Shown in pieces: positions 49,620-59,732 of a stretch of 64,000 nt of DNA (positions are counted from its first letter, which is position 1; each line of letters starts with the position of its first letter). The notes under the pieces are model-generated. The model was given only the letters and a program-made list of their open reading frames with translations, was not told the DNA's origin and did no database searches. The DNA is from Macrostomum lignano (lineage: Eukaryota), in contig NIVC01003085.1 in NCBI GenBank assembly GCA_002269645.1, forward strand, positions 56,492-120,491, read 5' to 3'. The translations under genes and the position numbers were made by a program.

Positions 49620-49717
49620 TATCGAGAGGTAACGCTTCACACACAACTGCCTTACCGCGTCTCGGCCTACCGGCCTCGACGCCATGGCAGTTGTGTGTGA
49701 AGCGTGACCTCTCGATA
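49620..49717. other. 98-nt near-perfect hairpin (32-bp stem, 1 mismatch, extra inner pairing)
   Basis: 49620-49651 TATCGAGAGGTAACGCTTCACACACAACTGCC pairs with 49686-49717 GGCAGTTGTGTGTGAAGCGTGACCTCTCGATA. Confidence 0.85.
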
Positions 49718-50109
49718 ATCATACATGGTTGGACCATAGAGTACTGAGAACTCTACAAAGGGTGCTAGCTGGGATAGTGATCGTTTGGGCACTACTTTCT
49801 ACAACAGCATCTAAATTGCCTAAAGCAGCAGGTAGTTTAAAAAAACTATCAATGGTCTAATTGAGTGTTGATTTTTTTCTCTAGCACTTTTATTAGCTGA
49901 GTTATGGCCCATCACGTGGTGATATCTATGGCCATAAATTGCAATTTCACTAGCTGCGGGTGACAGATTGCAGTCTAAAGCTGCAAATTGCAGCATCAAA
50001 TCTCAGTCTACCCTGCAATCCCTCTGCTTAATCAGTCTTTAAGCAAATCAGTTCAACAATTGGCACAAGTTAACCATTCAGTATGCTAAATTTTACTAAA
50101 CAACACAAG

Positions 50110-50238
50110 ATGGCATCAGCTTCAAAGAAAGACCTCAAACCAACAGTGCGTGGCATCATTCGCTTCTGGATTGACAGCGGACGCACAAATGTAGCTGAAA
50201 TGCACGCAGAGCTTGTTGCGACATATGGAGATGTTTGA
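50110..50238 (+). mobile_element. Mariner-like transposase N-terminal HTH remnant
   Basis: MASASKKDLKPTVRGIIRFWIDSGRTNVAEMHAELVATYGDV* resembles the first HTH of mariner transposases. Confidence 0.45.
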
Positions 50239-51832
50239 AGAATAGTTGTGTCCCCTTGACCCTCCAATCCTAGTGGCTTTAAACTTTTATCTTTCAGCAG
50301 CTGGTGAAAATCGCAATTTATCGAAAAAGGGCTGAAAAAATGCTAAAAAGTGGCCATAAAAGAGGGTCACTTTTAGTGGCTGAAGGAAGGACACTTTCAG
50401 TCCCTCACCAGCCACTTACAACCGGCCACCTCTCGACCACTTTTTCAGCCACTTTTAATTTACAGTGAATAATTTTATGACATGTTATTAAATGATTTTA
50501 AGGGATAGTAGGTATATTCTAACAAGCGAGTCGCCATCAAAGGTGTGCAATGGCACAAGCCCGGCCTGTGTACCTTTATGTCTGTTCTGTTGTTGAATTA
50601 ACGAAAGCAGAACAAGATAGATAATTATCTGGGCGCCCAGCGGCACCAAAAGAGGGCTTGGCCAATAGGAGGGCGGCTCTAGAAGGAAAGTTCTAGAAAG
50701 ACCGGGAGAGGAAACTTCTGGAACTATGCGTAAACAAGTCCTGCTGTGGAAGTTTCTAGAAACCCTGTCCCCGAACTACCCCTACGCATTGCATGCCTTT
50801 GCAATACACAACAATGTCAAAGTGTGGCGATGTTTCGGAGCGGTAAAAATTGTGCTCAGCATTGGCACAAGCGCACACTTTATAGACTCTGTGTTGAAAT
50901 AGACAGCGTAGTCTAAGTTTTGCGCATGCAGGAACTACTTATTCAAGTAGTCTACTACCCGGCCTAATATAGCCAAGCAGGCTGAAAGACAAAAGACAAA
51001 AGGCTGAAAAAATTGCACCTTATAACAGCAGCCAATCACGTCACCCGTGCTTCCCAGTGTGCCGCACTCCACAAAGTAAATCTCTACTTTCAAAAGCAAC
51101 TAAAACGGCTGACCTGAGTCCTTTCAGGGTATCTTTGACGGCATCTGCCTGGACAAGCGGCTCCATGAAGCCATGAAAAACTGTCATAGGATGCTACTCA
51201 AGATAGAGGCCATCGAGAAGATCAATGCGTCTAATTAAAAGGACGCTACGAGCTGCTTTTTTTGTTCTCTCCCGCTTCCAATGGACGAGCGTACAAGCCA
51301 TGCGTTTTAGTTAGCGTTAGGGTTAAAGCTTATAGCTTAAGAGGAGCTGCTGAGATGCCAGCAATCACTGTGGAATGCTTTTAACTTTGTCCTTAAGAAA
51401 CTAGCAATATAGTGACTGTAGAAGGCTGAGAAATACACAGTCATTTTAGCGCTAGTTCAAGGACGAACGACCCATCCTGACTAGCAAATGCATTGGAACT
51501 TTCCCACTTGTTTACGCGATAATTTACAAATATGAGCTGTCAATATTCGTTGCCGATTGGCTGCAAGGACTCCATTCTGCCTCTCAACCCACTGCCGCAC
51601 CCAATACGGAACCGTTCCGTTTAATGAGCAGTCGATCCTACTCTGCATTACTTCAATAAACAAAGAAACTCCAATGAGCTGATGTGGAATTCGAACTTAA
51701 TTTCTCTAATTTGTCGTTCGAAACTGAAAACCACCAACAGACCAAGTGAATTAATAGGTATTAAATCTGATTTCAACGTAGTCAAGTGTATTTGAAATCT
51801 AGCTATCTATGAGAGCACAGCCAGCAGAGCAT

Positions 51833-52048
51833 TTACAGCTTGATGCAGCTGATGATCTGGATGGCGTTGCCGCCGCACTTGCTGGCCAGGCAGGTGGCCA
51901 GCTTGCTGATGTTGGTGCCGCTGGAGAAGAAGCAGGTGATCAGGTTGCTCACCAGGCACGTCACGGAGTCGATGCCGTGCTGCAGGACTGTCAGGATTGA
52001 GCCGCCAGCTGTCATCAATAAGTCAGCCAAGTAGTCCCGCTTTGCCAT
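51833..52048 (-). pseudogene. Chimeric 5'-truncated copy (F) of the six-Cys family fused to antisense FANCL 3' sequence
   Basis: The C-terminal 50 aa (LQHGIDSVTCLVSNLITCFFSSGTNISKLATCLASKCGGNAIQIISCIKL) belong to the family. The N-terminal MAKRDYLADLLMTAGGSILTV is identical to 59685-59757. There is no signal peptide. Confidence 0.75.
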
Positions 52049-52715
52049 TCACTGCAAATCTTGTAGTAAACAAAAAGTGTCGAAGACAAGCCATGAATTT
52101 TATGCATTTGAACCCTGTGTCCGAGTTCGAGTTCCCACTTGCACTTTAAATTCTATCGCGTGCGACTAAATAAAAATATAAAGTCAATTAAACAGTGAGT
52201 TTTGATAGTTTAATTAATATTTAAGCTGGCGCTTTCCACTGTTCCAGATTGCGCTCAGCAACCGAATTGTATTTCTATGCATTGATAGAAAACTGCATTT
52301 ACAGCTTGATGCAGCTGAGGATCTGGATGGCGCTGCCGCCGCACTTGTTGGCCAGGCAGCCGGCCAGCTGGCTGATGTTGGTGCCGTGGGCGAAGTAGCA
52401 GGAGGCCAGGTTGGAGATCAGGCAGTTCACGGAGTCGATGCCGTTCTGCAGCAGGCAGTTGGTGTCGATGCTGATCACGGGAACGACTTCGTGAATGATG
52501 TCGTTCACGACCTCGTTCTTCTGCTCCGGAGTGTAGGCGGCGGCGGCGAAGGCCACGAGAGCGAACAGGCAGACGACGTTGTACATGGCTGCTGAGCTGG
52601 GTGCTTTGGTTGCTGGCTTCTTGAGACTGGCTGCTGGGTTGAGTTGCTGATTGGGTCTCGGGCTCGGTCGCTGGGCTCTCATTTATGGTGCCGCTGGTGC
52701 CGCTGCAGGTGACGC
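51976..52715 (-). repeat. Inverted segmental duplicate of ~59018-59757
   Basis: Promoter, CDS, 3' flank and the FANCL 3' end match in reverse complement. Confidence 0.85.
52299..52586 (-). CDS. Small secreted six-Cys protein, copy B
   Basis: 95-aa ORF MYNVVCLF...SCIKL, near-identical to copies A and D. Confidence 0.88.
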   Translation of the reverse strand: MYNVVCLFALVAFAAAAYTPEQKNEVVNDIIHEVVPVISIDTNCLLQNGIDSVNCLISNLASCYFAHGTNISQLAGCLANKCGGSAIQILSCIKL

Positions 52716-53059
52716 GGTCCCGGCCTGTCACGCCGCCCACGCCCTGCCAGAGGCAGCTAGTTCTTATCGCTTCAAATTGACTGACTGTCCTGCAGTCGCG
52801 GTTCAGCTTAATGTCTTCTCGAATGTTCTTGCAAGATGATTCAGCTGTTTTTGCGACCGCTTGAACTATTAGGGTTCTATTGACCGACAAATTCAACACC
52901 ATTAATAAAGCCCTCCGACAGCTCGGGTAAAAAAGGTGCAACAATGAGATGCATTCCTTTGAAAAAGCAGGACTTTGGCGAAGTATATTTATTGATCATT
53001 TTATCTTCTTGTCGTAAATTTTCCATCTTGTGCGCCAAGTTTTATATGCGCCAAGCCAA

Positions 53060-53725
53060 GAGACACACTTCATAATGTGCGCTTGTGTCACTGAGACACA
53101 CTTCATAATGTGCGCTTGTGTCACTGAGACACACTTCATAATGTGCGCTTGTGTCACTGAGACACACTTCATAATGTGCGCTTGTGTCACTGAGACACAC
53201 TTCATAATGTGCGCTTGTGTCACTGAGACACACTTCATAATGTGCGCTTGTATTATTGAGACACACTTCATAATGTGCGCTTGTGTTATTGAGACACACT
53301 TCATAATGTGCGCTTGTGTTATTGAGACACACTTCATAATGTGCGCTTGTATCACTGAGACACACTTCATAATGTGCACTAGTGTTATTGAGACACACTT
53401 CATAATGTGCGCTTGTGTTATTGAGACACACTTCATAATGTGCGCTTGTATCACTGAGACACACTTCATAATGTGCGCTTGTGTTATTGAGACACACTTC
53501 ATAATGTGCGCTTGTATCACTGAGACACACTTCATAATGTGCGCTTGTGTTATTGAGACACACTTCATAATGTGCGCTTGTATCACTGAGACACATTTCA
53601 TAATGTGCGCTTGTGTTATTGAGACACACTTCATAATGTGCGCTTGTATCACTGAGACACATTTCATAATGTGCGCTTGTGTTATTGAGACACACTTCAT
53701 AATGTGCGCTTGTATTATTGAGACA
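53060..53725. repeat. 33-bp tandem repeat (GAGACACACTTCATAATGTGCGCTTGTGTCACT), ~20 copies
   Basis: Seen directly; source of the 11-aa-repeat ORFs. Confidence 0.95.
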
Positions 53726-54299
53726 GCCTTCGGCTTTTGTGATTTATACGAATAGCTCCCTCGAAAGGCATGTTTAATCTTCTACATAAAACATGGACAT
53801 GTTTTATGGACAATTTTCGGGGCAATGTTGAATCTAACCAAATAGAATCCTGGAAAAGGGAAATAATGTCTTTGGAAATCAGTATAACTATACAAATGGT
53901 TGTCTTAATGGCATTTTCTTAAGGATCAAACAGAAACGTTCGGGTTGTTTTGTTTGGGTTATTTTGAGCATAAAAAGACTCGACTGTAATTAAGCATTCC
54001 CAATTTTAAAATCAGGATTCCAAAAGTTATTTCAGAAGATATATAACTTCTACAAAAGGAAACAGCATTGCTTTCTCATTTTTACGAGCGTGTTCGAAGT
54101 TTTCTCACTTACTATTTTATTGAAGTGATTGCATTAATGTAGATACTGCATTCTTGTCCATAGAAATCGGAATTATTTTTCTCCCATTTTGGCTAAACTG
54201 TTACAGCGCAAATGTCACCCTGTAAATCGCTATAATGACAGGAAATTGAGTAAACTCAGCCCCCATCAAGCGTCCCTCAGCTGGGATAGCCATCGCCCA

Positions 54300-55170
54300 A
54301 ATTTTTCACCCGAGGCCTTTGCATGGCCATCCAAATTGCTGCTTCTCCCACCAGCCTCCGGCCTGACGTCCGCCCCAGCCGAGTCCTTCTACTTCACTCC
54401 AATCATCATGGACGAGGTCGCTAAGGTCCTGGAGGCAATGCGAGCGGACGCTCCGTCTGGAGTTGACGGAATCCGCCCCGAGAGTGCTGAAGTTGCCTGA
54501 GCTGCTTGGCACCGTGACCAACCGCCTGCTCAACCGCCTTGGTGGGGACGAGTCCGCCTCTGCCACCAAGCAGTGGAAGACTTCAAAGATCATCTCCATC
54601 CCCAAGAAAGGCAACTCCACCAGACTAGACAACCGGCGCGGGATTGCAATCTCCCAAAAGCGCTGAACGCCGTGCTGAGAAACCGCGCCTGCTCCCAGCG
54701 CTCAGCTCGCGCATGCCAGCTTTTCAGAGTGGTTTTTTTCTGGCAGATCAACTACTGAGCAGGTGGCGGCAATCATCATCGACTTCCGCAAAGCCTTTGA
54801 TTCTGTCAGCCGGCTGGCCATAGCCTGGCTGCTCGCTCAGCATGGAGTGCCACCTCTGCTTGTGCGGGCAGTCATGGACGTGTACAGCAGTTCTATGGCC
54901 TTCCAAGCATCCGATGGACCCACTGCAGAGTTTCCAACCTACGTGCCCCGAAGGACTCTGCAGGAAGAGGATGGCTTTTTGGTCACCCAGTGCCACGTCT
55001 CGCAGCATCCCGAGGTTTGACTCTCCTGCCTGATGCTGACCTTACGCGCCCTGGCCGTGAAATTAGTGGAAAACCTTAGTTGGCCAAACTGGCCCATATC
55101 GCTGGTGACAGGTCTGACAGGCTGTGGCGCGGCCGTGTCACGACAGTGTCCCAGACTGTTGTTCCGCTGC
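54300..55170 (+). mobile_element. Degenerate LINE (RTE-like) RT fragment with an inverted 3' piece
   Basis: APSGVDGIRPE, QWKTSKIISIPKKGN...NRRGIA and IIIDFRKAFDSVSR...LLAQHGVP in shifted frames; a minus-strand LGHCR...QPV segment at ~55000-55170. Confidence 0.75.
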
Positions 55171-55339
55171 ATGAGTATGCTAATTAGGAAGCGTGTAAAT
55201 TAGCTCTATACTACGCTCATACGCACAGATAAGGGAAGGAAACGCTACTTGCAGAGCCTTCTGTGACAGTTCTGACAGCTTTAACGGATTGCGCGCGGTG
55301 CTGCAGTCCGAGACCGCGTCACCTGCAGCGCCACCAGCG

Positions 55340-55350
55340 GCACCATAAAT
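55340..55350 (+). promoter_or_regulatory. TATA-like element (CCATAAAT) within a conserved upstream block of copies B, C and D
   Basis: gaccgcgtcacctg.agcg.caccagcggcaccataaat is shared upstream of copies B, C and D, about 100 bp before the ATG. Function is inferred. Confidence 0.5.
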
Positions 55351-55444
55351 GAGAGCCCAGCGACCGAGCCCGAGACCCAATCAGCAACTCAACCCAGCAG
55401 CCAGTCTCAAGAAGCCAGCAACCAAAGCACCCAGCTCAGCAGCC

Positions 55445-55732
55445 ATGTACAAGCTCGTCTGTCTGTTCGCTCTCGTGGCCTTCGCCGCCGCCGCCTACAC
55501 TCCGGAGCAGAAGAACGAGGTCGTGAACGACATCATTCACGAGGTCGTTCCCGTGATCAGCATCGACACCAACTGCTTGAAGCAGAACGGCATCAGCTCC
55601 GTGAACTGCCTGATCTCCAACCTGGCGACCTGCTACTTCGCCCACGGCACCAACATCAGCCAGCTGGCCGGCTGCCTGGCCAACAAGTGCGGCGGCAGCG
55701 CCATCCAGATTCTCAGCTGCATCAAGCTGTAA
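55445..55732 (+). CDS. Small secreted six-Cys protein, copy C
   Basis: 95-aa ORF MYKLVCLF...CLKQNGISSVNC...LATC...SCIKL. Confidence 0.88.
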   Translation: MYKLVCLFALVAFAAAAYTPEQKNEVVNDIIHEVVPVISIDTNCLKQNGISSVNCLISNLATCYFAHGTNISQLAGCLANKCGGSAIQILSCIKL

Positions 55733-56357
55733 ATGTTTCGGTATTGAGGCTATAAAATAAACTTAAAGTACAATATTAACAACGATCTTACTTTACTAAT
55801 AACTGAATTTCTTTTCTGAGTGCATTTTTTGTTTAGACTTGTTGGTATAACAAAGTTAAGAAAACTGGAAACTTTATATCCCCAGATAAGTTAAAGAATT
55901 GTCTGATCAAAGGGTGTCTTTAGTTAAAACAAATTAATTTATTGGTGTTCTCGGATTTATCAACCAGCTGCTACAGCAATAACACCCTCGATCTGCTATT
56001 ACTGCTCCTGGATAACTAGTGCTCAAGGACTACTAAAGTAACGTAATTGTTCCAGTGGTCCTAGCCTACGCGCTTTATCACTGACGATTGCAGAAAACAA
56101 GGCTTTGACAATTGCTTTGTCAGATACTGCTGGCGAAAATGCTTGCAGTTGATGCTGCTGATAAAATTCTCTCCTAGGGCAATTCCATGTCACCGCTAAC
56201 ATTTGGTCATCTTCACCCAATTGTCAATATTCACCCAAGATGTCCTGTGTTCTTAAGTCGTCCTTGAATACAAGCGATTGTGCGATCGAGACTGATTGAA
56301 GCGAATAAATCTGAAGGGCAACTTGCAGCATGTAGCGGAGAACTAGCTGTAAGTTTG

Positions 56358-56815
56358 CGGCACAGATACTATAGAATGACTGGATGGGCCACTCAGCACA
56401 TTTGCGTGTAGGCTACTTTCAGTTCAGTAGTAAGTTAAACAGAAGCATTTGAATTCCAAAGCTCGTTTATTGGGTCTTACCCACCAGCTTAAACCCTCCA
56501 ACCGCGCCTTTCCACACGACACCAACCCCCCCCCCCGCCCCGCCCCAATTTTTATTGCCTTTCTCGGAATTTCAGCCTAAAGCTGCCATGTACACTTCAG
56601 TGGACTGGCTAATGTACATTACTGCTGAACCAATTAGCAAGTTGCTTACGCCTGCAGGCTTGGGATTCTAAACTTATCAGTCATTTCAGCTGCCTTTATT
56701 TTTATAAATAGCTTATATATTCTTCTTTGCTACTGAACTGAAAGTAGAAAGCTGTTTTACTAAGTATTTATGGCTGAGTGGCCCATCCAGTTAGTTTAGC
56801 ATCTGTGGTCTGCGG
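56358..56815. mobile_element. MITE-like element with imperfect inverted ends
   Basis: actggatgggccactcagc and ctactttcagttcagtag (56375-56430) recur inverted at 56725-56795. Confidence 0.6.
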
Positions 56816-57749
56816 GCAGAAAACTACAAGCAGAAGACGAACCACCATGAGAAAGGTGACAATAACCGTCGCGATAGAGAGAAACTAAAAAACTTAAAAA
56901 ATCAGGGAAACAAGTACTTGTATAGCTTGTTGCTTCAGAAATAATTCCCGCAAGAACATAACAGGCTCATCCACGCTGCGCTATCAAATTAGGCGATTTA
57001 TGTGTGTTGTTATTCCTTGTAGCTATGTACTTTTTCGTTGCTTTGCACATTATCCGATTTGTTCAATTTGACAGCGCGTAACTTGATGGCGGCGAGAAGT
57101 ATCTAGATCTAGTTTTAAAATTATTTTGCAGAAAATTCCAAATGTTCAATCTGATTGATTTATCGAGCCAGAATAGTAATAATAATAAAACTGATTACAC
57201 CTCCCTGATTACACGATTGTTATCGAGCTTGACAATTAAAGGCTTGTGGCATAGACCAGAGATAGAGACCGCGTCAAGGCATTTCACGGCATAATGGCTA
57301 CCTAACAAAGAAATCAGTGCATGTCCAATCACAGCTAGTCTGAAGCGCTCTAAAGTCCACGGCTCGTATACCTGCCCGCGTGCATCACATCGTTGATAAA
57401 ATACCATGCTTCCCGAAGAAAGCTAGATCACAAACCCGAAATATCATAGCTCCGAAAACCAAAATAGCGTTAGGCGTTGCTAGCATTCGGAGTTATGATG
57501 TTTCCGGTTTATGATATGGAAAGCACTTTTTAGAGTTGTAATTTTTCGGGTTTGCGATGCCCTCCCAGACATGGGGTGGACGAACTTTGGAACATCTTTG
57601 GAACGATTCACTAGAAATTTTAAACTAAGTCCTTTATGCTACCATATGTATGTCTCCAAAGTATAGCCAAACTACTTGACAAAGTTGCGAAATTATTTTT
57701 AGATTCTGCATTCACAAGCGCCGACAACATGCACTGAGAAATAATTATT

Positions 57750-58787
57750 TACTATGGCTACAAGAGGTTTAAGACAGCAAAAGAGCTTTGAGGAACTTTA
57801 GGCAGTTTTTGGCAATAAAGTACCTTCCACTACCACAGTTTTTGAGTGGTTTGCCGAAGTTCGACATAGCCGACGGAGTCTGGATGATGAAGACTGCAGC
57901 GGCTGGCCCACCTCCGCAGCAAGGGATGAGAATATGAGTGCTGCTATTCAGGCCATGACTAAGAATGATGCCAGGGTAACTGTGGCCCAGATGGAGGCAG
58001 AAGTGGGCATCTCATCGGCAGCCATCCGCACGATTCTGCACTCAAGGCTCAACCTGAGCAAGATTTCTGCACGCTGGGTGCCTCATCACCTGACAGAGGA
58101 GCAAAAGGAGGCTCGGGTGGCTTGGTGCCATGCCATGCTCGACAGATTCGATGGTGGCCGCTCAAACTGGATCTGGGAAATCGTCAGTGGTGAAGAATCC
58201 TGGATCTACAGTTTTGACCCAGAGACCACACGCAGCAGTCGACACAGTGAACACCAGTTAAAGGTGCCCCACGTGGGGCAGCGTGGCAAAGCAGATGTTG
58301 GCCGTTTTTGTGACGAAAGCAGCGCACAGTCACTGGCAACTGGCGTACCGACTACTGCCTGTCAGAAGTGCTGAGTGCTCTCTCCAATTGCCGTTTAAGG
58401 ACTCGAGCTCGGGGTGTGCTTCTTCATCACAACGCCCCGCCCACAAGTCCAGGCAAGTGGTCGAATTTCTGGCTGGAGAACACATTCAAGAGCTCCGCTA
58501 TCCACCCTACAGCACAGACCTGGCCCCGCGCGAGTTCTTTGTGTTTCCGCAAACCGAGCAGAAGATGCAAGGCAGTCGCTATTCATCGCCGGAAGCTGCA
58601 GTCGAGGCCTTCATCAAGCATGTCAAGGGGGTGCCAAGTTCAGTGGTCCAGCTGCTTCAATAAGTGGTATGAGAGGATGCAATGGTGCATAGATTCTTAT
58701 GGAGAGTACCTTAAAAAAATATGACTGTCAGTTGCTCTCCAACTATTTCAGACTTCGCACATCCAGAAACTTATTGCACACCCCTCC
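57750..58787 (+). mobile_element. Degenerate mariner transposon (transposase pseudogene, right TIR only)
   Basis: TTVFEWFAEV...SLDDED.SG.P, ISARWVPHHLTEEQK, VSGEESWIY (D to E), LLHHNAP (D to N) and YPPYSTDLAPREFFVF, with frameshifts. The right end AAACTTATTGCACACCCCTCC is followed by TA. Confidence 0.85.
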
Positions 58788-59146
58788 TAAAAACTTGGTT
58801 TCGGAAAACCGCCGACAGTGCAAAATATTTGTGAATTAAGCAGCATGCGCTGATAATCTGACAGCAGCGCAGGCAACAAGACTGTCAAATACCAAAACGC
58901 ATGATAAGAGATGAGATATTGGAAACCACTAAACAGCAGACAAAATAAACCGGTTAAAAACTTTGTGACAGTTCTGACAGCTTTAACGGACTGCGCGCGG
59001 TGCGGCTGTCCGAGACCGCGTCACCTGTAGCGCCACCAGCGGCACCATAAATGAGAGCCCAGCGACCGAGCCCGAGACCCAATCAGCAACTCAACCCAGC
59101 AGCCAGTCTCAAGAAGCCAGCAACCAAAGCACCCAGCTCAGCAGCC

Positions 59147-59434
59147 ATGTACAACGTCGTCTGCCTGTTCGCTCTCGTGGCCTTCGCCGCCGCCGCCTAC
59201 ACTCCGGAGCAGAAGAACGAGGTCGTGAACGACATCATTCACGAGGTCGTTCCCGTGCTCAGCATCGACACCAACTGCCTGCTGCAGAACGGCATCGGCT
59301 CCGTGAACTGCCTGATCTCCAACCTGGCCTCCTGCTACTTCGCCCACGGCACCAACATCAGCCAGCTGGCCGGCTGCCTGGCCAACAAGTGCGGCGGCAG
59401 CGCCATCCAGATTCTCAGCTGCATCAAGCTGTAA
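59147..59434 (+). CDS. Small secreted six-Cys protein, copy D
   Basis: 95-aa ORF; 4 nt differ from copy A and 2 nt from copy B. Confidence 0.88.
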   Translation: MYNVVCLFALVAFAAAAYTPEQKNEVVNDIIHEVVPVLSIDTNCLLQNGIGSVNCLISNLASCYFAHGTNISQLAGCLANKCGGSAIQILSCIKL

Positions 59435-59732
59435 ATGCATTTTTCTATCAATGCATAGAAATACAATTTGGTTGCTGAGCGCAATCTGGAACAGTTGAAA
59501 GCGCCAGCTAAAATATTAATTAAACTATCAAAACTCACTGTTTAATTGACTTTATATTTTTATTTTGTCGCACGCGATAGAATTTAAAGTGCAAGTGGGA
59601 ACTCGAACTCGGACACAGGGTTCAAATGCATAAAATTCATGGCTTGTCTTCGACACTTTTTGTTTACTACAAGATTTGCAGTGAATGGCAAAGCGGGACT
59701 ACTTGGCTGACTTATTGATGACAGCTGGCGGC

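Noticed and set aside
52996-53755. 11-aa-repeat ORFs on both strands
   Set aside because: 33-bp tandem repeat open in several frames; no non-repetitive coding context.
55349-55444. 32-aa N-terminal extension (MRAQRPSPRP...) on copies B, C and D
   Set aside because: The upstream ATG overlaps the TATA-like CATAAAT, is absent in copies A and E, and would bury the signal peptide. It is treated as promoter/5' UTR.
57400-57520. Small imperfect inverted repeat (also one at ~50320-50415)
   Set aside because: Short and mismatched with no TSD; probably ends of old DNA elements, too weak to classify.
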